A DNA stretch of 28,229 nucleotides from Calditrichaceae bacterium (GCA_050178385.1 JBFXGD010000032.1:1-28229), one strand, 5' to 3'; positions 18,911-28,229 are shown, numbered from the stretch's first letter. A program made the numbers and translations. Notes: a model not told the origin generated them from the sequence alone.

Positions 18911-21269
18911 ACACCGGAAATCAGTTTATTCGCTATTTAGAAAGTACCTTGAATTATCACGACCCTTTTTGCTTAGATCGGAGTTAATAGACGAGTTTAA
19001 TAAATATTCAGAAACAGAAACGGGGAAAGCCTTAAAAGGTACTATTGTAGAAAAATTGATCCTTAATACCCAGGAAGCGGTTATCCAGGATCCCTGGATC
19101 TATTTTGCCATAAGAGATGATATCGCGAGTTGGGAATATGTCCGCTTTCATATCCATGATGTGTTGCATGAGTATATAAATGGACGGGAATTTTTAGCTT
19201 TTAAGGAACGGATTGTGGAACCGGGTCAGAGTAATGATGATTGGGTCCTTGAATTCGATCTTGAACCGTTTGGAAGAGGTTTTCCAAAATTAAAAGATAA
19301 AAGATCCTTAGGCCGTGGAGTTGAATACTTAAACAGGCACCTTTCCAATCGCTTGTTTGCGGAACTTGAAAAAGGGGATAAGCGGCTGCTTGATTTTATG
19401 CGGGTTCATCAATACCGGGGACAGCAGCTCATGCTGAATTCTTTTATAAGTGATGTGCGCGAGCTTCAAAAAAATCTGCGTAGAGCGGAAGAATATCTGG
19501 AAGGTCAACCCAATGATGCGGGATGGCCGCATGTTAAGGAGCAAATGCAGGCGCTTGGATTCGAACCGGGTTGGGGAAATAATGTATCCCGCATGCTGGA
19601 TACATTAAATCTGCTTTCCGATATACTTGAAGCACCGGAACCGACAAATCTCGAAAAATTATTAAGCCGTATTCCAATGATCTTCAATATCGTAATTCTG
19701 TCTCCGCATGGTTACTTTGGGCAGTCAAATGTGCTTGGATTGCCGGATACCGGCGGGCAGGTCGTCTATATTCTGGATCAGGTCAAGGCTCTCGAGAAAG
19801 AAATGCGTTTGCGAATCAACGAACAAGGTCTTGATATTGAACCGCAGATCCTTGTCATCACACGTTTAATACCGGAGGCCGGTGAGACAACCTGCAATAT
19901 TCCCAAAGAGAAAATCATAGGCACAGAAAACGCCAAAATTCTGCGTGTACCGTTTCGGCAGTCGGACGGCAATGTGGTTCCGAACTGGATTTCAAGATTT
20001 AAAGTCTGGCCTTTTCTCGAACAGTTTACTCTTGAATCAGAAAAGGAACTTCTCGCTGAACTCGGGGGACGCCCGGATCTGATCATCGGAAATTATTCAG
20101 ACGGGAATTTGGTGGCATCGCTTTTATCACAGCGTCTTGGAGTGACTCAGTGTAACATAGCCCACGCGCTGGAGAAGACAAAATATCTGTTTTCAGCGCT
20201 TTACTGGAAACATAATGAAGAGCAATATCATTTTTCTACTCAATTTACCGCGGATCTTATGGCGATGAATACAGCGGATTTTATCATAACCAGTACATAT
20301 CAGGAAATAGCGGGCAACAAGAATTCGGTCGGGCAGTACGAAAGTTACGGATCTTTCACCATGCCGGGACTGTACAGAATTATAAACGGCGTGGATGTGT
20401 TTGATCCAAAATTCAATATTGTTTCTCCGGGGGCGGATGCCAATGTGTATTTTCCATATACGCAAAAGGATAAAAGGCTAACGGACTTGCATTCGGAAAT
20501 CGATGATATGATCTTTGGAGAGCAATCTGAATACGCCACAGGTAAATTAGATGATGCGGGTAAGCCAATTATATTCGCAATGTCGAGATTGGATCATATC
20601 AAAAATATCAGCGGACTGGTTGAATGGTATGGACAGAATAAGAATTTACAGGATGAAGCAAACCTGTTTATTGTAGCAGGATATGTCAATGAAGCTCTTT
20701 CCGGTGATGAGGAAGAACGGTTCCAGATTCAACAGGTTCATCAGTTGATCGGGCAGTATGATTTGACCGGCAAAATCCGCTGGGTAGGTAAGCAGCTCGA
20801 TAAAAATTTTACGGGCGAACTTTACCGGTTTATCGCGGACAATGGCGGGGTGTTTGTCCAGCCGGCTCTTTTTGAGGCATTTGGTCTGACGGTTATCGAG
20901 GCCATGGCATCCGGGCTGCCTACATTCGCGACAAAATATGGCGGACCGCTGGAGATAATTGAGAACGGCAAATCCGGTTTTCATATTGATCCGAACCACG
21001 GAAATGAAGTTTCGGAAATGCTGTTGGATTTCTTTAAAAAATGTCAAAAGAATCCGAAAAACTGGAATAAAATTTCAGACGCGGGAATCGAGCGGGTTGA
21101 TGATCGATATACCTGGAAATTGTACGCGTCACGATTAATGACTCTCTCCAGAGTTTACGGATTTTGGAAGTATGTAACGAATCTTGAGCGGGATGAAACG
21201 CGCCGGTATCTCGAAATGTTCTACGGACTGATGTTGAAAAATCTTATAAAAAACGTGCCCGAAAGTTGA
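18876..21269 (+). CDS. susA: Sucrose synthase
   Basis: 797 aa. Motifs [61 protein letters not shown] and [11 protein letters not shown]. Confidence 0.96.
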   Translation: MNMNMIQKTIDEHRKSVYSLFRKYLELSRPFLLRSELIDEFNKYSETETGKALKGTIVEKLILNTQEAVIQDPWIYFAIRDDIASWEYVRFHIHDVLHEYINGREFLAFKERIVEPGQSNDDWVLEFDLEPFGRGFPKLKDKRSLGRGVEYLNRHLSNRLFAELEKGDKRLLDFMRVHQYRGQQLMLNSFISDVRELQKNLRRAEEYLEGQPNDAGWPHVKEQMQALGFEPGWGNNVSRMLDTLNLLSDILEAPEPTNLEKLLSRIPMIFNIVILSPHGYFGQSNVLGLPDTGGQVVYILDQVKALEKEMRLRINEQGLDIEPQILVITRLIPEAGETTCNIPKEKIIGTENAKILRVPFRQSDGNVVPNWISRFKVWPFLEQFTLESEKELLAELGGRPDLIIGNYSDGNLVASLLSQRLGVTQCNIAHALEKTKYLFSALYWKHNEEQYHFSTQFTADLMAMNTADFIITSTYQEIAGNKNSVGQYESYGSFTMPGLYRIINGVDVFDPKFNIVSPGADANVYFPYTQKDKRLTDLHSEIDDMIFGEQSEYATGKLDDAGKPIIFAMSRLDHIKNISGLVEWYGQNKNLQDEANLFIVAGYVNEALSGDEEERFQIQQVHQLIGQYDLTGKIRWVGKQLDKNFTGELYRFIADNGGVFVQPALFEAFGLTVIEAMASGLPTFATKYGGPLEIIENGKSGFHIDPNHGNEVSEMLLDFFKKCQKNPKNWNKISDAGIERVDDRYTWKLYASRLMTLSRVYGFWKYVTNLERDETRRYLEMFYGLMLKNLIKNVPES

Positions 21270-21287
21270 ATACGATACATACCCGGT

Positions 21288-21321
21288 TATGCTCCGGTGG
21301 TTTTCCCGGGGCATATTTTTT
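21288..21321 (+). terminator. Rho-independent terminator after sucrose synthase
   Basis: TATGCTCCGG...CCGGGGCATA 10-bp stem (one G-U pair) followed by T6. Confidence 0.75.
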
Positions 21322-21523
21322 ACTCGTAAAAATATTTACATGCCAATATAATTCTTTGGATTATTCCCGTTCAATAAACCGTTCTATCTGAAATCGAAGG
21401 AATAATTTAAAATTCACAAAATTCTGATTTCTCCGGATCAATTTAATTTATTAACAGATATAAAAGAGTGGTTGTAAAAAAATAGCAGAAGTAAGGTTGT
21501 TCAATCAAACCAAAGGGGAGAGT

Positions 21524-22621
21524 ATGTTCAAAGTTTACAGGTATTCAATCGGTATTGTTATTGGTATGTTGTTCTTTTTAAATCCCGGAAAAGGCTGGTC
21601 GCAAATCGTGATTGATCAAAATGAATACGATATCACGTTCGGGAAAAGTTTTTTTCAGTATTATGTCGATGGCACGGAGAATCCTGTGCCGGTGAATGTT
21701 GGATCAACGGGCGGCCCGCAGACCTGGACGTTCACTCTTAATGACTTTCCAAACGGTGAGACCTACACCACTACAATTGTTAATCCTTCAACAACTCCTT
21801 TCGCTCAGGATTTTCAGAATTCAGACCATGCCTGGTTATCCGAATTTGATACGCTAAGTGTTTATTTCTATCTGGATCTGACTTCAACCGAATTGTTAGG
21901 TCTTGGCAGTGGAAGTTCAGACGGTGATACAACATATGTCCAGAAATATAACCCATCCGATAGAATTTTAAAGTTCCCTTTATCAATGGGGACAACATGG
22001 ACCAGCAACTATATTGAAAATATTTCCGGTTCGGATATGTTCGAGATCATCGATTCAACAAGCAGTACGTCAACAGTTGATGCCTGGGGGACGATAAATA
22101 TACCGGCGGGGAGTTTTAATTGCCTGAGGGTAAAAACTGAAGAAACTGATTTTTCATTTTTTATATCAGACGGGATTATCGTTTTTAGCGATACTTCCAG
22201 CTATATTTCATATTACTGGATCACAGAAAATGAAGGCCTTTTGGCTGATGTCTCAAGCATGGAAGGAGAGACCAATCCGAATTTTACGGAAGCGGATGAT
22301 TTTTCGATGCGGGTCACGGAACCCACTTCGATTACAGAACCTGAACCGTTTATGATTCATTCATACAATTTGATGCAAAATTATCCGAATCCCTTTAATC
22401 CTTCGACCGCTATTCGATTTGAATTACTGTCTTCCGGCTCAGTGAGTTTAAAGGTGTATGATTTGCTGGGTAAAGAAGTCAGGACACTGGTCAACGGCTG
22501 GGTTGCCGCGGGAGCTCATGAAGTGCTTTTTGACGGATCAAATCTGTCAAGCGGTGTATATTTCTACCGGCTTGAAACAAATGATTATTCTCAGATGCGG
22601 AAAATGCTCCTGGTAAGATAA
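21524..22621 (+). CDS. Secreted protein with C-terminal T9SS type A / FlgD-Ig-like sorting domain
   Basis: Signal peptide (..GWS/Q). C-terminus LMQNYPNPFNPST..KVYDLLGKEV..LSSGVYFYRL..RKMLLVR. ATG 21524 after GGGGAG is preferred to the ORF-track start at 21497. Confidence 0.85.
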   Translation: MFKVYRYSIGIVIGMLFFLNPGKGWSQIVIDQNEYDITFGKSFFQYYVDGTENPVPVNVGSTGGPQTWTFTLNDFPNGETYTTTIVNPSTTPFAQDFQNSDHAWLSEFDTLSVYFYLDLTSTELLGLGSGSSDGDTTYVQKYNPSDRILKFPLSMGTTWTSNYIENISGSDMFEIIDSTSSTSTVDAWGTINIPAGSFNCLRVKTEETDFSFFISDGIIVFSDTSSYISYYWITENEGLLADVSSMEGETNPNFTEADDFSMRVTEPTSITEPEPFMIHSYNLMQNYPNPFNPSTAIRFELLSSGSVSLKVYDLLGKEVRTLVNGWVAAGAHEVLFDGSNLSSGVYFYRLETNDYSQMRKMLLVR

Positions 22622-22631
22622 CTGATATATG

Positions 22632-22663
22632 AAAAAGGCAGAATCAATTCTGCCTTTTTTTTT
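22632..22663 (+). terminator. Rho-independent (possibly bidirectional) terminator
   Basis: AAAAAGGCAGAAT-CA-ATTCTGCCTTTTT hairpin with a T9 tail. Confidence 0.85.
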
Positions 22664-22698
22664 ATACAAATTGTTATACGAGAAATGACAAGAAATAA

Positions 22699-22727
22699 TT
22701 GACAGTAAAAACAGATTTATTTAAATT
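22699..22727 (+). promoter_or_regulatory. Sigma70 promoter for tRNA-Ala (probably also ffs)
   Basis: TTGACA (22699-22704), 17-bp spacer, TAAATT (22722-22727), 13 nt upstream of the tRNA. Confidence 0.7.
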
Positions 22728-22740
22728 AACATTTCTAACA

Positions 22741-22816
22741 GGGGCTGTAGCTCAGTTGGGAGAGCGATGCGTTCGCAATGCATAGGTCAGCGGTTCGATC
22801 CCGCTCAGCTCCACCA
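22741..22816 (+). tRNA. tRNA-Ala (anticodon CGC)
   Basis: GGGGCTG/CAGCTCC acceptor stem with G3:U70. Anticodon arm ATGCG-TTCGCAA-TGCAT, T loop GGTTCGATCC, encoded CCA; 76 nt. Confidence 0.97.
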
Positions 22817-22901
22817 GTAAGAACAAAGATAAAAAAATGAAAAAAATCAAAGGGTATCATCAGGTTTTACTTTTTTCAATAGTCTTTGCTCTTAATAATT
22901 T

Positions 22902-22998
22902 AGCCAGGTCCCACGCAATAGGACATCGCCCAACCCCGTCAGGTCCGGAAGGAAGCAGCGGTAAGCGTTCGGACTATGTGCCGTGGGTTTACCTGGCT
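22902..22998 (+). ncRNA. ffs: Small signal recognition particle RNA (4.5S)
   Basis: Conserved TCAGGTCCGGAAGGAAGCAGC core; terminal stem AGCCAGGT/ACCTGGCT; conserved position upstream of dnaX. Confidence 0.95.
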
Positions 22999-23016
22999 TT
23001 TTCATAGGAGTGCTAA

Positions 23017-24633
23017 GTGTCATATATGGTGATTGCCCGGAGATGGCGTCCACAGCAATTTGATGAGATTATCGGTCAGGAACATGTTTCCCAGACCATA
23101 TCCAATGCGATAGCCCATAAGCGAATAGCGCACTCCTATATATTTACCGGTCCGCGGGGTGTCGGAAAAACATCGACGGCAAGAATTCTCGCTAAGGCGG
23201 TCAATTGTGAGAAAGGACCGACACCAACTCCCTGTAATGAATGTCCATCCTGCCAGTCCATCAACAAGGGAAATTCCATGGATGTCCTTGAGATTGACGG
23301 CGCATCCAACCGCGGTATCGATGAAATCCGCAATTTGCGTGAAAATATCCGTTTTACGCCGACCCTGGGAAAATATCGGATTTATATCATCGATGAAGTC
23401 CACATGCTCACGAAGGAAGCGTTTAACGCTCTTCTAAAAACCCTTGAAGAACCGCCTTCACACGCGCTGTTTATTTTCGCCACCACGGAAATTTATCGTG
23501 TTCCGGCTACGATTTTATCACGTTGTCAGCGGTTTGATTTCAAGCGCATTCCTCTAAAGACCATCATGGAGCATTTGAAATACATCTGTGATAAGGACAA
23601 TATCGCGGCAGATGAAGATGCTTTGCTGCAGATCGCAAAAAAAGCCGATGGTTCTATGAGAGATTCGCAAAGCATCCTGGATCAGATCATTTCATTCAGC
23701 GGTGATAAAATAACATTCGAACATGTATCCCAGGCTCTGGGAGTTATAAACCTTGATATGTTTTTTGAAGCAACTGAGCATATCAGGAACCAGAATCTCA
23801 AAGATTTGATTGTTCTTACAAAAGATATCATTTCTTCCGGTTTTGATTTAAACGAATTTTTACTGGGTCTCGAAGAACATTTCAGAAATATACTGATTGC
23901 GGGAACAATGGGATCGACCGAGTTGCTTGATGTATCCGAGAACTATTTAACGCGATATACCGAAGCGGCAAAAGAAATAAAGGAGAATGACGCGCTTGGA
24001 TATCTGCAAATTGTGTCAGACACGTTGAACTCAATCAAATGGAGTCAGCAGCCTCAGTTAAAATTTGAACTTGGGCTGATAAAAATGGCAAAAATGCCTT
24101 CGTCTTTCCGGATTGAGGAAATTCTTGAAAAACTGGATCTGTTAAAAAAAAAAGTCCGGAATGATGTAAAATTTGATTCAGCTCCGGCCATAATCGCGGA
24201 ACCCGGTCAGCCGCAAAACAATCCGGTCGCGCAAAATCCTGTTGAAATGATCGATGTTATCAATGATAAATGGCAGCAGATTATCGATGCTGTTCATGCA
24301 AAAAAACCATCCCTCGCCACAGCATTCGAATCATTTGAAATATCCGAAGTAAATAATGACAAAATAATTTTATCGTTCATAAATTCGAATCCCTTCCATT
24401 TGAGTTCCCTCGAGAAAAATAAAATTTTAATAGAGAAAATTATCTCTAAAATCGTTCAGTCAAAACTGCATATCGAGATAGACGCTCCCGATGTCATGGA
24501 ACACAGTGAGCCAAATCAAGTAAAAACGGAACGGAAAGGGGATAATGATAAACTTAATAAATTCAATGAAATCAAGTCGAATGATCAATTAATTTCCAAA
24601 TTAATTCAGGAACTCGATCTGGAATTAATTTGA
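23017..24633 (+). CDS. dnaX: DNA polymerase III subunit gamma/tau
   Basis: GTG start with AGGAG RBS. ARRWRPQ, Walker A GPRGVGKTS, Zn-finger cysteines, IIDEVHML and SRCQRF. Confidence 0.97.
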   Translation: MSYMVIARRWRPQQFDEIIGQEHVSQTISNAIAHKRIAHSYIFTGPRGVGKTSTARILAKAVNCEKGPTPTPCNECPSCQSINKGNSMDVLEIDGASNRGIDEIRNLRENIRFTPTLGKYRIYIIDEVHMLTKEAFNALLKTLEEPPSHALFIFATTEIYRVPATILSRCQRFDFKRIPLKTIMEHLKYICDKDNIAADEDALLQIAKKADGSMRDSQSILDQIISFSGDKITFEHVSQALGVINLDMFFEATEHIRNQNLKDLIVLTKDIISSGFDLNEFLLGLEEHFRNILIAGTMGSTELLDVSENYLTRYTEAAKEIKENDALGYLQIVSDTLNSIKWSQQPQLKFELGLIKMAKMPSSFRIEEILEKLDLLKKKVRNDVKFDSAPAIIAEPGQPQNNPVAQNPVEMIDVINDKWQQIIDAVHAKKPSLATAFESFEISEVNNDKIILSFINSNPFHLSSLEKNKILIEKIISKIVQSKLHIEIDAPDVMEHSEPNQVKTERKGDNDKLNKFNEIKSNDQLISKLIQELDLELI

Positions 24634-24649
24634 AACAGGAGAATATATT

Positions 24650-24994
24650 ATGAATTTAGGCAATATGGGTGATCTTTTAAAGCAAGCCCAAAAAGTCCAG
24701 AAGGAAATGCAGAAAGTTCAGGATGAGCTGGCTAATATTACCGTGGAAGGAACTTCCGGCGGAGGGATGATAAAAGCAGTGGCTAATTGCAAACTGGAGA
24801 TCATTTCCATTACCATCGAACCGGAAGTTATAGACCCTAATGAGAAAGAAATGCTGGAAGATTTAATTGCGGCAGCGGTGAATCAGGCGGTAAAAAACGC
24901 GCAAAAAAGAGCGAATGAAGAGATGCAAAAAGTCACCGGTGGTATGCTCGGGGGATTGAACCTGCCTGAAAATTTTAATTTTCCGGGAATGTAG
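24650..24994 (+). CDS. ybaB: YbaB/EbfC nucleoid-associated protein
   Basis: Motifs GTSGGGM and EMLEDLIAAAVN; lies between dnaX and recR. Confidence 0.95.
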   Translation: MNLGNMGDLLKQAQKVQKEMQKVQDELANITVEGTSGGGMIKAVANCKLEIISITIEPEVIDPNEKEMLEDLIAAAVNQAVKNAQKRANEEMQKVTGGMLGGLNLPENFNFPGM

Positions 24995-25600
24995 ATGATG
25001 ATATCACATGGTATTCCTTCACTGGATAATTTAATCAACGAGCTGAGCCGGCTGCCGGGTATCGGCCGGAAAACTGCTCAGCGGCTGGCGATATTTGTAC
25101 TAAAGGCTGAGCCTGAGTTTGCAAAAAATCTTGCTGAGGCTATTGTCAGAATTAAATCGGAAACACGGTTATGCGCACAATGTTTTAATATCTCTGAACA
25201 TGAATTGTGTACGATCTGTTCCGATGCGCGCAGGGATTCAAAAAAAATCTGCGTCGTCGAGGATATTGTGGATATCATGGCAATAGAAGGGTCAAACGAA
25301 TATAGAGGGCTCTATCATGTTCTTGGAGGCGTCATTTCACCTTTAGCCGGAATAAAATCTGCAGATCTTCGTATTCAGGAACTGGCGGTCCGTGTGAAAA
25401 AAAATGAAACCGATGAAGTCTTACTGGCCCTTAATCCCAGTACAGAAGGCGAAGCAACCATGATATATATTTCAAGGATGCTTAAGGATAAAGAAGTGCG
25501 AATTACCCGTATCGCCAGCGGTGTGCCCATCGGCTCACATCTTGAGTTTGTGGATCAGGCGACGATCGGACGGGCAATTCAAAGCCGTCAGGAAGTATAA
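24995..25600 (+). CDS. recR: Recombination mediator RecR
   Basis: HhH LPGIGRKTAQRLA, C4 zinc finger, Toprim motifs YHVLGG and EGEAT. Confidence 0.97.
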   Translation: MMISHGIPSLDNLINELSRLPGIGRKTAQRLAIFVLKAEPEFAKNLAEAIVRIKSETRLCAQCFNISEHELCTICSDARRDSKKICVVEDIVDIMAIEGSNEYRGLYHVLGGVISPLAGIKSADLRIQELAVRVKKNETDEVLLALNPSTEGEATMIYISRMLKDKEVRITRIASGVPIGSHLEFVDQATIGRAIQSRQEV

Positions 25601-25601
25601 T

Positions 25602-26513
25602 CTATAAAATCCATTCCCATTTTTCAGTTGCCAGCTCACTATTCTTAAACAATTTCCTGGCATCTCTCTCAATTTCACCGAGTACATCATCATCATTGTT
25701 AGGATCATGATGGAACAGGAGTAATTTTTTAACATTTGCCTGTGTTGCGGCATCACAAGCCATGGCAAAACTGCTATGGCCATATCCGTTAAAACTCCTA
25801 TACTGTTCTTCAGTGTATTGGGCGTCATGTATCAGAACATCGGCATCTTTGGAAAATGTGATTAGCCGCTGATCTCCACCGCAATATTCTTCCACATCCG
25901 TGGCATAAACCAGCTTTTTGTCTTTCCATTCAACCCGATAGATATAATTCCCATCCTTTGGGTGAAAGTAATATTTCATATTTTGAACAAGAAATTCGGC
26001 GCTGTCCGGTACTGTTTCATTTGTGCGGGCTATCTGCGGTTCACCAACACCCGGAAGAAAATAGATGGTCATATTTTCATTGATATTTTGGAAGCTTTTA
26101 CTTGAGCGGAACTCATCCATCGAAACAGGAAAATACTGAGGATCGACAAGCCGTCTTAGTATCTGCTCAAAATCCATCCCTAATGTCGCGGGACCGATGA
26201 AATGAATAAAAACATTTGGCATATATAGCGGCGCAAAGAATGGAAGACCGATTAAATGATCGGAGTGTGTATGAGTAAATAAAAATGTAATATGCAGGGG
26301 ATCGGCTGATTTTTTACTATGCTCCACGATCTCACCGATCAGGTCCTTACCTAATTTTATCAATCCGCTACCGGCATCAAATATGACAATATGCTTTTGA
26401 GAACGAACCAGCAGACACGGAGTATTGCCTCCTATTTTGGTCCCGTTTTCCGGTGCGATCGGGTAGCTGCCGCGAACGCCGTATAACTTTGCCATGAATT
26501 GAAACTTACCCAT
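25602..26513 (-). CDS. MBL-fold metallo-hydrolase (RNase Z / phosphodiesterase-like)
   Basis: Motifs GVRGS, GGNTPC, DAGSG, THTHSDH, HDAQY, GHS and FHHDP. Confidence 0.9.
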   Translation of the reverse strand: MGKFQFMAKLYGVRGSYPIAPENGTKIGGNTPCLLVRSQKHIVIFDAGSGLIKLGKDLIGEIVEHSKKSADPLHITFLFTHTHSDHLIGLPFFAPLYMPNVFIHFIGPATLGMDFEQILRRLVDPQYFPVSMDEFRSSKSFQNINENMTIYFLPGVGEPQIARTNETVPDSAEFLVQNMKYYFHPKDGNYIYRVEWKDKKLVYATDVEEYCGGDQRLITFSKDADVLIHDAQYTEEQYRSFNGYGHSSFAMACDAATQANVKKLLLFHHDPNNDDDVLGEIERDARKLFKNSELATEKWEWIL

Positions 26514-26596
26514 TAATCAATACCCTTTGTTTGTAACTCCAGTTCAGTTATTTTTGCGCTGAAATCAGAATAAGTGATTCAAAAAGCAAAATGATC

Positions 26597-27151
26597 TCAG
26601 GAATTTGATTCAAGCTGCTTTATCATATCACGCAGACGGGCTGCTTTTTCATATTCTTCAGATTCAACTGCTTTCTGCAATTCTGATTTTAGACGTTCTA
26701 TTTCATCAGTACGGCTTTTAAATATAAAACTTCTGTTTTTTATTTCCTCTTCATCATCAGGAATATAGGCGGCTTGTTCCATTACCAGATCATCGACGAA
26801 AATGGGGATGCCGATGCGCACGGCAAGCGCGATTGCGTCACTTGGCCGGGAATCCACTTCCAGAAGACTCGAATCTTTTTTCAAATGAATCACGGCATAG
26901 AATGTGTTTTCTTTTAACTCGGTAATCAGAACATTCTCGATCGTGATTTTGCATGTATTTAACATATTTACAGTCAGATCATGCGTAATCGGCCGGGGAG
27001 GTTTAATATCTTCCAAACCCAGGGCAATAGACTGCGCCTCATATTCACCTATGATGATCGGCAACGTACGTTCACCGTTCTTTTCTTTCAGCAGTATCCC
27101 GCTTGCCTGTGTAGGAGTTAAAAAGATTCCGTTGACATTTACTTCTATCAT
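26597..27151 (-). CDS. Bifunctional nuclease (DUF151) with C-terminal UVR coiled-coil domain
   Basis: Motifs LPIIIGEYEAQSI, RPITHDL and DSRPSDAIALA; UVR motif EEYEKAARLRD. Confidence 0.92.
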   Translation of the reverse strand: MIEVNVNGIFLTPTQASGILLKEKNGERTLPIIIGEYEAQSIALGLEDIKPPRPITHDLTVNMLNTCKITIENVLITELKENTFYAVIHLKKDSSLLEVDSRPSDAIALAVRIGIPIFVDDLVMEQAAYIPDDEEEIKNRSFIFKSRTDEIERLKSELQKAVESEEYEKAARLRDMIKQLESNS

Positions 27152-27185
27152 GGGTTAATCCTCTATTTTAGGATTCCGTGACTAA

Positions 27186-27407
27186 CTAAATTGCTTCAAC
27201 GGCTGTGATCTCTGGAACCTGCATCTTTACAATTCTCTCGATACCCTGTTTCAAAGTGAGAGTGGACATTGGGCAACCGCCACAGGCGCCCACAAGACGT
27301 ATATAGACTATATTATTTTCGTCAATTCGGACAAATTCAACATCGCCGCCATCGGCCTGCAGACCGGGGCGAACACTTTCCAGTGCTTTTAAAACTTTAT
27401 CATTCAT
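27186..27407 (-). CDS. NifU C-terminal-domain (Nfu-type) Fe-S carrier protein
   Basis: Motifs VRPGLQADGGDV and GACGGCPMS. ATG at 27407 with AAGGT RBS. Confidence 0.92.
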   Translation of the reverse strand: MNDKVLKALESVRPGLQADGGDVEFVRIDENNIVYIRLVGACGGCPMSTLTLKQGIERIVKMQVPEITAVEAI

Positions 27408-27685
27408 CAATATTTACCTTATGATTAGTATTTTTAGAAAGTTGAATAATTTATTGAATAAAGTCAAATTCTTTTTTAGAACATAGTAGTGACCGCGGTT
27501 TTTTTCAAACCCGTAAAACAAAATTTATTACCTCACGCATGAATTTTATATAAAATATATGCTAATAAGAATAAAACGCTATGATGAATCGCACTCCATG
27601 AATTCCTCACGATCAGTATGAAACTATAAATGAATTCTTCATTTTTAACCTTGATGCTTAATATTCAAATAACTAACTTATTTAC

Positions 27686-28229
27686 ATGCGTTTAAATCAT
27701 AAAATATTTGTATCGTTGATGTCCGTATTAATTTGTTTTCAGGCTAACGCCGGCGTATATGTCCACCCGGTTGGCTTGCGGTCCGGCCTGTCTGTCTGGA
27801 TTGATCCGGATGAAACTTTGCCTGATGTTGTGATGATCGTTCATTTTCTAAAGCCGGCTGCGTCGGATGATTCCGAGTTTGGGATTTATTCAGAGTTTAT
27901 GTGGCAGTCGATTCAGCAGAAATTCGAACAGTTGACGGGTGAGACTGTCTCATTACCGTTGAAGTGGCTTCCTGATCAACCATATAACTGGCAGGAAAAC
28001 CGTTTCTTGACTTATCGGACCGACAAAATCTCATTTACAGAAAACATAGGGAAAATACTTGATATTTTTGATATGGTTCATAGCGGATCTTTGGGTAAAA
28101 ATCTGAAGTTTTGTCAGGGAAATTATTATAATCAGCAGGATTCACTTCTCTGGACGAGCATAAGTCCTTACAGCATCAAAAAATTTTGCGCGGCTGCGGA
28201 TTCAGTAAAAAGAAGTGATAGATCGGAAG
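27686..28229 (+). CDS. Secreted hypothetical protein, 3' truncated; N-terminus weakly resembles the M16 peptidase fold
   Basis: Translated by hand: open from ATG 27686 to the window end (MRLNHKIFVSLMSVLICFQANA/GVYVHPVGLRSGLSVWIDPDETLPDVVMIVHF...), with a Sec signal and ANA cleavage site. Absent from the ORF track because there is no stop codon. Confidence 0.6.
   Translation, partial: MRLNHKIFVSLMSVLICFQANAGVYVHPVGLRSGLSVWIDPDETLPDVVMIVHFLKPAASDDSEFGIYSEFMWQSIQQKFEQLTGETVSLPLKWLPDQPYNWQENRFLTYRTDKISFTENIGKILDIFDMVHSGSLGKNLKFCQGNYYNQQDSLLWTSISPYSIKKFCAAADSVKRSDRSE

Noticed and set aside
22741..22816. tRNA-Ala as an integration site for the respiratory/sucrose region
   Set aside because: No integrase and no duplicated tRNA 3' end were seen, and the tRNA 3' side leads directly into core ffs-dnaX.
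1..28229. CRISPR array, IS element, prophage or defence system
   Set aside because: No regularly spaced repeats and no transposase, integrase or phage-like ORFs were recognised by eye.

Overview
AT-rich bacterial chromosomal segment. A YPNPFNPST-type secretion C-terminal domain suggests an FCB-related lineage such as Calditrichota, KSB1 or Ignavibacteria; this is inference. (1) 1-13119 is a tightly packed + strand respiratory cluster: narG (3' part)-narH-narJ-narI-narK runs directly into an Alternative Complex III set (actABCDEF) and an Rrf2 Fe-S regulator. NarH resembles the Nitrobacter-type cytoplasmic NXR/Nar clade, and ActB keeps a full FS0 cysteine motif. (2) 13378-15594 is a divergent quinol-dependent NO reductase (qNor) behind a leader containing a terminator-like hairpin. 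(3) 15825-21269 is a sucrose cluster: PfkB fructokinase, fused SPS-SPP and sucrose synthase. (4) Next come a secreted CTD protein, tRNA-Ala(CGC), SRP RNA and dnaX-ybaB-recR; dnaX has an A10 slippage-prone run at the gamma/tau boundary. (5) The window ends with a - strand nfu-bifunctional nuclease-MBL hydrolase set and a partial secreted ORF. No CRISPR array or mobile element was seen. The best candidate for an undescribed system is the Nar/NXR-ACIII-Rrf2-qNor module, where the ACIII has no adjacent oxidase or cytochrome-c-dependent acceptor.
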